Assembly (NCBI GenBank): GCA_900543615.1
Contig: UQSC01000001.1
Coordinates: 17,684-81,683, forward strand
Direction of reading: 5' to 3'
Origin: an uncultured Collinsella sp.
GTDB taxonomy: Bacteria; Actinomycetota; Coriobacteriia; Coriobacteriales; Coriobacteriaceae
DNA: 64,000 nucleotides
Under the pieces are notes generated by a model. The model did no database searches. It saw only the letters and a program-made list of their open reading frames with translations, and was not told where the DNA came from. Of the stretch, positions 19,443 through 27,584 are shown piece by piece (position 1 is the first letter of the stretch; each line of letters opens with the position of its first letter). Position numbers and translations under genes: made by a program.

Positions 19443-21359
19443 ATGGAAGAGGCCTATCGTCAAGCACGCAAGCGCGGCGAGCAAGGACGTCGACGCGCCA
19501 TTAGCCAAAGCGAGCATCCATACCTTACGGACCTCGATAGCTTGGTTGCTCAGCTCCCCTTAGGTCAGCGAGAGAATGTCGGCCTGCGGGATATTCCGCT
19601 CGAAATGGTCGTCGGCACGGTCACCAAGGGCCGTCAGTCCGCCTTTTCGTGTAACTTTATGCCCCTGCTTCCGTTTAGCACCGAGTTCGCCCGCAAGTGG
19701 TCCAACCTCTACGACATCCAGGTGACCGAGGGCTATCGCGACCCCGTCATCGTCACCGAGTTCATGCATCGGTTCTATGTCCAAGAAGGCAACAAACGCG
19801 TCAGTGTCCTCAAATTCCTAGACGCCCCGACGGTTTCGGCCAAGGTCACCCGTCTCTACCCCGGCACATGGGATTCCGTCGAAAGCCGCCTGTACGGCGA
19901 GTTCTGCGCGTTTTGGCGCGTCTGCCCCCTATACGAGATCGAGTTCTCGCGTGAGGGAAGCTACGAAACGCTCGCGAAGATGCTCGGTCAGAACCTTATC
20001 GAAAAATGGCCGCAGAAAAAGGTCGACTACCTGCGCCACACCTTCCTGCTCTTTAAGCGCGCCTACCTTCGCGCAGGCGGCGACCACCTGGACATTACGC
20101 CTGCCGACGCCATGCTCGTGTACCTCAATGTGTACAACCAGGACCGCCTGCTGGATACGCCGACGGATATCGTCGTAAACCGCCTGTGCAAGATTTGGCG
20201 CGAGCTGGTCATTGCCGGCAAAAATGACGAGGACAAGGTCGATCTTGTCGAAGCACCGAGCGTCGACGAGGAAGAAACGCCCGCCAAGTCCACCGCTGGC
20301 GTGCTCAACTTCTTTATGGGCAAGACCGTCTACTCGACGGCCAGCCCCCTGCGCATCGCCTTTATCCATGAGTTCCCCTGTGCGACGTCGAGCTGGGACA
20401 GCCTGCACGACCAAGGGCGTCAGTATCTCGATGAGCACTTTGGCGGTATCGTGCGCACCGAGGCGTTCGAGGACTGTCACGATCCGGATGTGTTCTACGC
20501 CGCCGTGGAAACGGCTGTCAAACATGGAGCAAACGTCATCTTCTCGACCTCGCACCGCCTGATGGAATACACGCTCAGGGCTGCCGTTGAGTATCCCCGG
20601 GTTCGGTTCCTCAACTGCTCTATCGGCCTTCCCCATCAAAGCGTCCGTTCGTACTTTGGCAAGATGTACGAGGCCAAGTTTCTGCTGGGCGCCCTTGCCG
20701 CCAGCATGGCGGACAACCACCGCATCGGTTACCACGCGTCGGTATTCGCCTCGGGCGCGCTCAGCGAGATCAACGCCTTTGCGATTGGCGCCTCGCTGCT
20801 CGACCCACGCGCGCAAATTATCCTGACCTGGGGCGATGTGCCCGCCGGAGGCCTTACCGAGGCCATGTGCCGCGAAGGTGTGAGCGTCATGACCGGCGCT
20901 GACATGTCAAAGTCGCTCGAAGACCCAACGGCCTACGGGCTTCACCGCTTGGTCGACGGCAAAGTCACCGGCACCGCCATGCCCGTATGGAACTGGGGCC
21001 GTTACTACGAGCTCATCGTTCGCAGCCTTCTGCACGGCACGTGGGACGAGACCAGCGACGACAACCAAGTGCGTGCCGTCAACTACTGGTACGGCATGAG
21101 CTCCGGCGTTATCGACATCCGTTACGCTCCGGGCCTACCCTACCAGACGCGCAAACTCGTGCAGTTGCTCCGCAACGGTATTGTTGAGGGATCCATCAAC
21201 CCCTTTGGCGGCGAGCTCCACAGCCAGAACGGCGTGGTACAGATCGAAGGCTTCCCTCCGCTGCCGAGCACGCAGATTGTCGAGATGAATTGGCTGGCGG
21301 ACAACGTGGTAGGCACCATTCCGCAGCTCGACGATGAGCCGAAAGTCCCTGCCCTATGA
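19443..21359 (+). CDS. ParB/Srx-like N-terminal domain fused to a BMP (nucleoside-binding) family domain, no signal peptide
   Basis: N-terminal IPLEMVVGT...F.PL...FYVQEGNKRVSV; C-terminal FLNCS, YEAKFLLG, INAFAIGA, WNWG and YWYG BMP-like motifs. Confidence 0.75.
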   Translation: MEEAYRQARKRGEQGRRRAISQSEHPYLTDLDSLVAQLPLGQRENVGLRDIPLEMVVGTVTKGRQSAFSCNFMPLLPFSTEFARKWSNLYDIQVTEGYRDPVIVTEFMHRFYVQEGNKRVSVLKFLDAPTVSAKVTRLYPGTWDSVESRLYGEFCAFWRVCPLYEIEFSREGSYETLAKMLGQNLIEKWPQKKVDYLRHTFLLFKRAYLRAGGDHLDITPADAMLVYLNVYNQDRLLDTPTDIVVNRLCKIWRELVIAGKNDEDKVDLVEAPSVDEEETPAKSTAGVLNFFMGKTVYSTASPLRIAFIHEFPCATSSWDSLHDQGRQYLDEHFGGIVRTEAFEDCHDPDVFYAAVETAVKHGANVIFSTSHRLMEYTLRAAVEYPRVRFLNCSIGLPHQSVRSYFGKMYEAKFLLGALAASMADNHRIGYHASVFASGALSEINAFAIGASLLDPRAQIILTWGDVPAGGLTEAMCREGVSVMTGADMSKSLEDPTAYGLHRLVDGKVTGTAMPVWNWGRYYELIVRSLLHGTWDETSDDNQVRAVNYWYGMSSGVIDIRYAPGLPYQTRKLVQLLRNGIVEGSINPFGGELHSQNGVVQIEGFPPLPSTQIVEMNWLADNVVGTIPQLDDEPKVPAL

Positions 21360-22066
21360 AAATCCTTGCCATAGCCGATACCGAAGAACGATGCCTTTGG
21401 GAGTGCTTTCGCAAGGAACGCTTTGAGGGAGTCGACCTGATTTTGTCCGCCGGCGATCTGGACCCGGACTATCTTGAGTTTTTGGTCACCGTCATCAACA
21501 AGCCGCTCCTCTACGTGCGTGGCAACCACGATGACCGCTACGCGCGTCATGCACCGGGCGGATGTATCTGCGTAGAAGACAGCGTGTACACGTACCGAGG
21601 GATTCGCATTGCGGGCCTTGGCGGGTCCATGCGTTATCGCGACGGCGCCAACATGTACACCGAACGCGAGATGTCCAAGCGTATGCGTAAGCTGTCGCGT
21701 AAGGTTAGGATGGTCGGCGGGTGCGACATTCTGCTTACCCATGCGCCCGCCGCAGGTATGGGTGATCTGGACGATCTACCGCATCGAGGGTTTGAGTGCT
21801 TTAACACGGCGCTTGAGTCCTGGGGAGCCGACTACATGGTGCATGGGCATGTACACCAAAGCTACGGTTACGATTTTCAGCGCGAGCGGCAGCATGTGTG
21901 TGGAACGACGATCATCAACGCCTGCGGCTATACGCAGTTTGAGCTCGACCAGACGCGCTACCCCATCCGTGGCTGGCAGGCAGCCTGGCTCAACTCGCAA
22001 ACCATGCGCCGCGAGCTCAAACGCCACGATGCTATCGAGTCCTCAACAGCCAGAACACCCTGGTAA
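21356..22066 (+). CDS. Calcineurin-like metallophosphoesterase
   Basis: IAD, GD, GNHD, THAP and HGHVH motifs; ATGA overlap with the upstream gene. Confidence 0.9.
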   Translation: MKILAIADTEERCLWECFRKERFEGVDLILSAGDLDPDYLEFLVTVINKPLLYVRGNHDDRYARHAPGGCICVEDSVYTYRGIRIAGLGGSMRYRDGANMYTEREMSKRMRKLSRKVRMVGGCDILLTHAPAAGMGDLDDLPHRGFECFNTALESWGADYMVHGHVHQSYGYDFQRERQHVCGTTIINACGYTQFELDQTRYPIRGWQAAWLNSQTMRRELKRHDAIESSTARTPW

Positions 22067-22103
22067 CCACCTCAAAGGGGACGCTGACCCCTTTGAGGTG
22101 GTT
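22065..22103 (-). repeat. GGGGTCAG-core hairpin overlapping a stop codon
   Basis: AACCACCTCAAAGGGG-ACGCTGA-CCCCTTTGAGGTGGTT (the minus strand reads AAAGGGGTCAG). Confidence 0.7.
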
Positions 22104-22118
22104 TTGGCACGCGATAGC

Positions 22119-22157
22119 AAGAAACCCGGTCCCACACGAGGCGGAACCGGGTTTCTT
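22119..22157. terminator. Bidirectional terminator between convergent genes
   Basis: AAGAAACCCGGT...ACCGGGTTTCTT. Confidence 0.7.
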
Positions 22158-22193
22158 TAGCAATGCTTGCTTTGCTCAGGCAGTAACTAGCAG

Positions 22194-22901
22194 TTACTCA
22201 GCCAGGAAGTCACGCTGGACAGCGGGATCGACCTTGACGCCAGGGCCCATGGTGGAAGACACGGAGATGGACTTGACGTACTTGCCCTTAGCAGAAGAGG
22301 GCTTGACGCGCAGGATCTCGGTGTACAGGGCAGCGTAGTTCTCGACGAGCTGCTGCTCGGAGAAGGACTTCTTGCCCAGGGGCACGTGGCAGATGCCGTA
22401 GCGGTCGGCACGATACTCAACGCGGCCGGCCTTGAGCTCGGAGACCATCTTGGCGACGTCCATGGTCACGGTGCCGAGCTTGGGGTTCGGCATGAGGCCA
22501 CGGGGACCAAGGATCTTACCGATGCGGCCAACCTTGGCCATCATGTTCGGCGTAGCGATAGCGGCGTCGAAGTTGATCTCGCCCTTCTGAATCTGGGCGA
22601 CGAGCTCGTCGGAACCGATGATGTCGGCGCCGGCAGCCTCGGCCTCGCGGGCCTTCTCGCCCTCGGCGAAGACGGCAACACGAACGGTCTTGCCGGTGCC
22701 GTGGGGCAGGGAGATGGAACCACGGATGTTCTGGTCAGCCTTACGAGTATCGATGCCCAGACGGAAGTGGGCCTCGACGGTCTCGTCGAACTTGGCGGTG
22801 TCGAGCTCCTTGATGAGCTTGGCAGCCTGAAGGGGGGTGTAGAGCGTGGCGCGGTCGATCTTCTCGGCAGCGGCGTTATAGCTCTTACCATGCTTAGCCA
22901 T
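22194..22901 (-). CDS. rplA: 50S ribosomal protein L1
   Basis: KFDETVE, LPHGTGK and [11 protein letters not shown]. Confidence 0.98.
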   Translation of the reverse strand: MAKHGKSYNAAAEKIDRATLYTPLQAAKLIKELDTAKFDETVEAHFRLGIDTRKADQNIRGSISLPHGTGKTVRVAVFAEGEKAREAEAAGADIIGSDELVAQIQKGEINFDAAIATPNMMAKVGRIGKILGPRGLMPNPKLGTVTMDVAKMVSELKAGRVEYRADRYGICHVPLGKKSFSEQQLVENYAALYTEILRVKPSSAKGKYVKSISVSSTMGPGVKVDPAVQRDFLAE

Positions 22902-22915
22902 GTGCATTACCTCCT

Positions 22916-22943
22916 GTGGTTAAACGGGCGTGAGCCCTCCCAC
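22916..22943 (-). promoter_or_regulatory. Putative L1-binding autoregulatory RNA site
   Basis: GTGGGAG...CCGTTTAACCAC immediately before the rplA RBS, as in rplK-rplA intergenic L1 sites. Confidence 0.65.
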
Positions 22944-23018
22944 ATCGTATCGTGTGCCCTATTGCACACATTTAACGGGCGCCCTGGTCGGAGCACCCGT
23001 CGTTACCATAAGAAATCG

Positions 23019-23447
23019 CTACTCAGCGATGGTGACGCCCATGGAACGGGCGGTACCGGCGATGATCTTCTTGGCGGCGTCAATGTCGTTGGCATTGAGG
23101 TCCGGCATCTTGATCTCGGCGATCTTGGTGAGCTGCTCCTGGGAGAGCTGACCAACCTTGTCGGCCTGGGGCTTAGCGGAACCAGACTTGAGGTTCAGCT
23201 CCTTCTTGATGAGGTGAGCCGCCGGCGGGGTCTTGGTGATGAAGGAGAAGGACTTATCCTCGTAGACAGAGATCTCAACGGGGATGATGTCGCCCTTCTT
23301 GTCCTGCGTCTCGGCGTTAAAGGCCTGGCAGAACTGCATGATGTTCACGCCAGCAGCGCCCAGGGCGGGGCCGACGGGAGGAGCGGGGTTAGCTGCACCA
23401 GCAGGAATCTGGAGCTTAATGACGTTGGCAACCTTCTTCTCAGCCAT
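23019..23447 (-). CDS. rplK: 50S ribosomal protein L11
   Basis: [17 protein letters not shown] and GTARSMG. Confidence 0.98.
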   Translation of the reverse strand: MAEKKVANVIKLQIPAGAANPAPPVGPALGAAGVNIMQFCQAFNAETQDKKGDIIPVEISVYEDKSFSFITKTPPAAHLIKKELNLKSGSAKPQADKVGQLSQEQLTKIAEIKMPDLNANDIDAAKKIIAGTARSMGVTIAE

Positions 23448-23567
23448 GGTCATTCCTTTCGAATCACGAGTGTGAAGTACTTGCTATATCGTAAGCACGC
23501 ACGTGTTAGAAGCACTCCTGAGATGAGCAGTCACAGAAGAAGCACGCTCGCGCGAACGGACGAAAAC

Positions 23568-24104
23568 TTAAGCGATGACAGCGACCTGGTTAAAGTCGAG
23601 CTCGACCGGCGTCTCGCGGCCAAAGATCATCAGCGTGACCTTGAGCTTGCCAGCCTCGGTGTTAACCTCGGAGACCTTGCCATCAAAGTCGGTAAGCGGG
23701 CCATCGGTGACGCGGACGGACGTGCCGACCTGAATATCAACCGAGGTGCGCTTGGGCGAATCGCCCTTACCGGGACGACGAGTCATCTTATTGTACTCAT
23801 CGCGGGAAAGCGGTGCGGGCTTACCGTTGCCGCCCAGGAAACCAGTGACGCCGGGCGTGTTGCGAACACACGTCCAAGCATCGTCATCCATCTCCATGCG
23901 GACCAGGACATAACCCGGGAAAATCTTGGAATCCTTGGTCTCGCGCTTGCCACCCTCTTTAATCTCGGTGACGCGCTCCATAGGAATCTCGATATCAAAG
24001 ATACGGTCCTGCATGCCCATGGTCTCGATACGATGCTCGAGATCGGACTTAACGCGGTTCTCGTATCCAGAGTAAGTGTGAACGACGTACCAACGCTTAG
24101 ACAT
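23568..24104 (-). CDS. nusG: Transcription termination/antitermination factor NusG
   Basis: WYVVHTYSGYE, FPGYVLV and IFGRETPVEL. Confidence 0.98.
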   Translation of the reverse strand: MSKRWYVVHTYSGYENRVKSDLEHRIETMGMQDRIFDIEIPMERVTEIKEGGKRETKDSKIFPGYVLVRMEMDDDAWTCVRNTPGVTGFLGGNGKPAPLSRDEYNKMTRRPGKGDSPKRTSVDIQVGTSVRVTDGPLTDFDGKVSEVNTEAGKLKVTLMIFGRETPVELDFNQVAVIA

Positions 24105-24107
24105 GGT

Positions 24108-24446
24108 TTAGCCCCTCAATCCAGAGAACAGAGCAAGAGCCTCGCCAAAGCCAGCATCGAGCAGAGCGATGACGACGCCGACGACGACCAGAGAAGCGCA
24201 GACGACGACCGAGTAGTTCACGAGCTCCTTCTTATCGGGCCACGTGACACGCTTCATCTCGGACTTGACCGAAGCGAAATACTTCTTGGTGCGGGCGAAG
24301 AAACCAGGCTTCTCGTTCTTCTTGGACTTCGCAGCCTTCTCGTTCTTCTTGGCAACGGCCTTCTTGGCCTCAACCTTGGAGTTGGCGGCAGCGCTGTTGG
24401 CAGGTGCCGGCTGCTGAGCCTTCTTCTTGTTCTTCTTGTTGGCCAT
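24108..24446 (-). CDS. secE: Preprotein translocase subunit SecE
   Basis: EMKRVTWP followed by a single TM helix; position before nusG; Lys-rich N-terminal extension. Confidence 0.93.
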   Translation of the reverse strand: MANKKNKKKAQQPAPANSAAANSKVEAKKAVAKKNEKAAKSKKNEKPGFFARTKKYFASVKSEMKRVTWPDKKELVNYSVVVCASLVVVGVVIALLDAGFGEALALFSGLRG

Positions 24447-24522
24447 TTGGGTTACCTCCGCGCAATGCGCTTATACATGAGTAAACCGTAAGCCCCCAAG
24501 TGGGAGCTTACGGAATAATGAC

Positions 24523-24598
24523 TGGCACGCCAGGAAGGACTCGAACCCTCAACACTCGGTTTTGGAGACCGATGCTCTACCAATTGAACTACTGGCGT
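24523..24598 (-). tRNA. tRNA-Trp (CCA)
   Basis: Cloverleaf ACGCCAG...TCTCCAAAA...GGTTCGAGTCC...GCCA. Confidence 0.96.
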
Positions 24599-24611
24599 AT
24601 GTGACTAGAGA

Positions 24612-24761
24612 CTAGCGAGTCTCTTTGTGCAGCGTGTGGTGACGGCACCAGGGGCAATACTTCTTGATCTCCATACGATCAGGCATGGTCGACTTGTTCT
24701 TGGTGGTCGTATAGTTGCGGCGCTTGCACTCAGTGCACGCAAGAGTAACTAGAGTACGCAT
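24612..24761 (-). CDS. rpmG: 50S ribosomal protein L33 (Zn-binding form)
   Basis: Manual translation [49 protein letters not shown]; below the ORF-track size cutoff. Confidence 0.97.
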   Translation of the reverse strand: MRTLVTLACTECKRRNYTTTKNKSTMPDRMEIKKYCPWCRHHTLHKETR

Positions 24762-24806
24762 GTATCCTGAACCTTTCATTTCCGCCCCGTACGGGCACGA
24801 GTTGTT

Positions 24807-24836
24807 ACTTTATCAGCTCCACATAAGTGCTGTCAA
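24807..24836 (-). promoter_or_regulatory. Sigma70-type promoter for rpmG-tRNA-Trp-secE
   Basis: TTGACA-18-TAAAGT with a TG extension. Confidence 0.55.
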
Positions 24837-24977
24837 TGAAAACCTCGAGTCAATTGGTTCTCGGTGGATCCATTCATATTTGGAACACATCAATGAAGCC
24901 ATCGAGAGCTAATCGACGGTGCATCCAGGACCATTATCGATCCTCTCGACACCAGCAACGGCTCAATATCCATTGTA

Positions 24978-25013
24978 GAAAAGAACCCGGCACCCATATA
25001 AGTGCCGGGTTCT
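24978..25013 (-). terminator. tuf terminator
   Basis: AGAACCCGGCAC...GTGCCGGGTTCT followed by TTT on the minus strand. Confidence 0.75.
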
Positions 25014-25040
25014 CTAAGTCAGCTATATCAAAGAGCTAAT

Positions 25041-26231
25041 TTACTCAATGATCGTGGAGACGATGCCCGAACCGACGGTGTGGCCACCCTCGCGGATTGC
25101 GAAGCGCAGGCCCTCCTCCATGGCGATCGGGTGGATGAGGTCGCCCTCGATGGTGATGTGGTCACCAGGCATAGCCATCTCGGTGCCCTCGGGGAGCTTG
25201 ACCGTACCGGTAACGTCGGTGGTACGGAAGTAGAACTGAGGACGATAACCATCGAAGAACGGGGTGTGACGACCGCCCTCCTCCTTGGTCAGAACGTAGA
25301 TCTCGCCGGTGAACTTGGTGTGCGGGGTAACCGAACCGGGCTTGCAGAGAACCTGGCCGCGCTCGATGTCCTCACGCTTGATGCCGCGGAGCAGCAGACC
25401 GACGTTGTCGCCAGCCTCGCAGAAGTCCATGGACTTACGGAACATCTCGATACCGGTAACGACGGTGTTCTGGGTATCCTTGATGCCGACGATCTCGACG
25501 GGCTCGTTGAGCTTGAGCTCACCGCGCTCGACACGGCCGGTAGCAACGGTACCACGGCCGGAGATGGTCATAACGTCCTCAACGGCCATCAGGAACGGGA
25601 GGTCGTTGTTACGAGCAGGCGTCGGGATGTACTCGTCGACGGCCTTCATGAGCTCGCGAATTGCGTCCATCCACTTGGCGTCGCCCTCGAGAGCGCCCAG
25701 AGCGGAGCCACGGATGACGGGGATGTCGTCGCCGGGGAAATCGTACTCGGAGAGAAGCTCACGGGTCTCCATCTCGACGAGGTCGATGAGCTCGTCATCG
25801 TCGACCATGTCGCACTTGTTCAGGAAGACGACGATGTAGGGAACGCCGACCTGACGGGCGAGCAGGATGTGCTCGCGGGTCTGAGCCATGGGGCCGTCGG
25901 TAGCGGCGATGACCAGGATAGCGCCGTCCATCTGAGCAGCACCGGAGATCATGTTCTTGACGTAGTCAGCGTGGCCCGGGCAGTCAACGTGAGCGTAGTG
26001 ACGGGCAGCAGTCTCGTACTCGACGTGGGAGACGGAGATCGTAATGCCGCGCTCGCGCTCCTCGGGAGCCTTGTCGATGTTCTCGAACGCAGTGAAGTCA
26101 GCCTTGCAGCCCTCGGTCTCGGAGAGAACCTTGGTGATGGCAGCGGTCAGCGTGGTCTTGCCGTGGTCGACGTGACCAATGGTGCCGATGTTAACATGCG
26201 GCTTAGTGCGCTCAAACTTCTCTTTGGCCAT
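25041..26231 (-). CDS. tuf: Elongation factor Tu
   Basis: [27 protein letters not shown] and [12 protein letters not shown]. Confidence 0.99.
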   Translation of the reverse strand: MAKEKFERTKPHVNIGTIGHVDHGKTTLTAAITKVLSETEGCKADFTAFENIDKAPEERERGITISVSHVEYETAARHYAHVDCPGHADYVKNMISGAAQMDGAILVIAATDGPMAQTREHILLARQVGVPYIVVFLNKCDMVDDDELIDLVEMETRELLSEYDFPGDDIPVIRGSALGALEGDAKWMDAIRELMKAVDEYIPTPARNNDLPFLMAVEDVMTISGRGTVATGRVERGELKLNEPVEIVGIKDTQNTVVTGIEMFRKSMDFCEAGDNVGLLLRGIKREDIERGQVLCKPGSVTPHTKFTGEIYVLTKEEGGRHTPFFDGYRPQFYFRTTDVTGTVKLPEGTEMAMPGDHITIEGDLIHPIAMEEGLRFAIREGGHTVGSGIVSTIIE

Positions 26232-26327
26232 AAAGCCCTCCTCTAAACAGGTCGTCCCCGGACGGGACTTTGCCTTTATACCATAGTGGCCTCTCAACAT
26301 ACTATTGAGAAGCCACCGTGTTACCTA

Positions 26328-26404
26328 TGGTAGCGGTGACTGGATTCGAACCAGTGACGCCACGGGTATGAACCGTGTGCTCTAACCAACTGAGCTACAC
26401 CGCC
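26328..26404 (-). tRNA. tRNA-Met (CAT)
   Basis: GGCGGTGTAGCTCAG...TTCATAC...GGTTCGAATCC...ACCA. Confidence 0.95.
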
Positions 26405-26407
26405 GGA

Positions 26408-26483
26408 TGGAGCCTGCAACCAGACTTGAACTGGTGACCTCTTCGTTACCAACGAAGTGCTCTACCGACTGAGCTATACAGGC
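26408..26483 (-). tRNA. tRNA-Thr (GGT)
   Basis: GCCTGTATAGCTCAG...TTGGTAA...AGTTCAAGTCT...TCCA. Confidence 0.95.
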
Positions 26484-26493
26484 ACTTGACGGG

Positions 26494-26575
26494 TGGGAGC
26501 TATAGGATTCGAACCTATGTAGGCAGAGCCAACGGGTTTACAGCCCGTCCCCATTAACCACTCGGGCAAACTCCC
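26494..26575 (-). tRNA. tRNA-Tyr (GTA); 3' end encoded as ACCC rather than ACCA
   Basis: GGGAGTTTGCCCGAGTGG...CTGTAAA..., long variable arm, GGTTCGAATCC. Confidence 0.94.
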
Positions 26576-26637
26576 AATCGTTCAAGTATCCGCAGGTCCT
26601 TTGGTCTTTTGGACCGCCGCCCCCGCGAACGAAAAAG

Positions 26638-26667
26638 ATAATACGATGCAACCTTGGGGGCTGTCAA
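26638..26667 (-). promoter_or_regulatory. Sigma70 promoter of the tRNA-Tyr/Thr/Met-tuf operon
   Basis: TTGACA-18-TATTAT. Confidence 0.65.
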
Positions 26668-26757
26668 CGAAAACCTCTAGATACACGGTGCCGGGCGTAT
26701 CTATATAGCTGTGACCTGTGGTTTTGTTGAGTTTGGATATGAAGGACGGTGGTTTTG

Positions 26758-27191
26758 GATACTGAGGTGACGTTTCCCGAGGTAACACTTTGGTGTAGTG
26801 GAGTACACCTTCAGTATCGAACTTCGATACCGGCTTATTTGCACCTATATATAGGTCGAGATCGGGCTTCCACGCCACGATCGAGCGTGGATATTCTTCC
26901 GTTTGAAATCGAGCGTGGATATTCTCTCACTTTGCCGTGCCATCAAGTCCAAAGTGGCAGATTATCCACGCTCATTCACTAAGCGGGAGATTTTCCACGC
27001 TCGTATGTCCGGAAATCCACACTCGGTCACGACAGTTAAACCCGGTCCGGCCTTTGTCTCGATCTGTAACATTTAGAGAACATTTTTCCCCTATCTGTTA
27101 CAGATCGAGATGTTTCGCAGAGACCTCAGCTTACGTCTCATTCTGTAACAGCTAGAACGGTTTCCAGCCTCTTCGTGTTACAGATTGAGAC
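26758..27191. repeat. Cluster of three different palindromic repeat families
   Basis: GATACTGA(A)GGTG inverted repeat at 26758-26818; ATCGAGCGTGGATATTCT twice plus inverted copies at 26880-27003; GTCTCRWTCTGTAACA alternating four times at 27056-27191. Confidence 0.85.
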
Positions 27192-27285
27192 AAACCTGAA
27201 GCTTGGTTGGCACCACACCCGCTGACTTATAGACATAAATAGAAACGGGCCCTGTCCCACAAGGGAACAGAGCCCGAAACTCTCA

Positions 27286-27360
27286 TGGAGCCAGTGACAG
27301 GAATCGAACCTGCAACCCACTGATTACAAATCAGTTGCGCTACCGTTGCGCCACACTGGC
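27286..27360 (-). tRNA. tRNA-Thr (TGT)
   Basis: GCCAGTGTGGCGCAACGG...TTTGTAA...GGTTCGATTCC...TCCA. Confidence 0.95.
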
Positions 27361-27507
27361 ACACTTGGCGCTTTCGCGCGAAGCCTGTTAAGAATAAAGG
27401 AATTACGGACGGGGCGCAACAGGCCACACGGCGTTATACAAATATGCAAAATCCAGCAACAACAGGTACCAGGCCCGTTCATTTCTGTCGGTTCGCCCTC
27501 AATCTCA

Positions 27508-27580
27508 AAACCATTCGTCAGAACGAATAGTTTTAATTACAATTGCTATATATAAAACTATTCGTTTTGACGAAGGGTTT
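27508..27580. promoter_or_regulatory. 28-bp inverted repeat containing two TTCGT-N4-ACGAA operator-like palindromes
   Basis: Arms 27508-27535 and 27553-27580 match at 26/28, flank an AT-rich core, and end 4 bp before the kinase start. Confidence 0.7.
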
Positions 27581-27584
27581 CGTG

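Noticed and set aside
26491..26494. tRNA-Tyr lacking an encoded CCA as a pseudogene signal
   Set aside because: The cloverleaf is intact, and non-encoded CCA ends are common in Gram-positive bacteria and are added enzymatically.
27056..27191. Possible mini-CRISPR
   Set aside because: The repeats are inverted relative to each other rather than direct, and there is no leader or cas gene.
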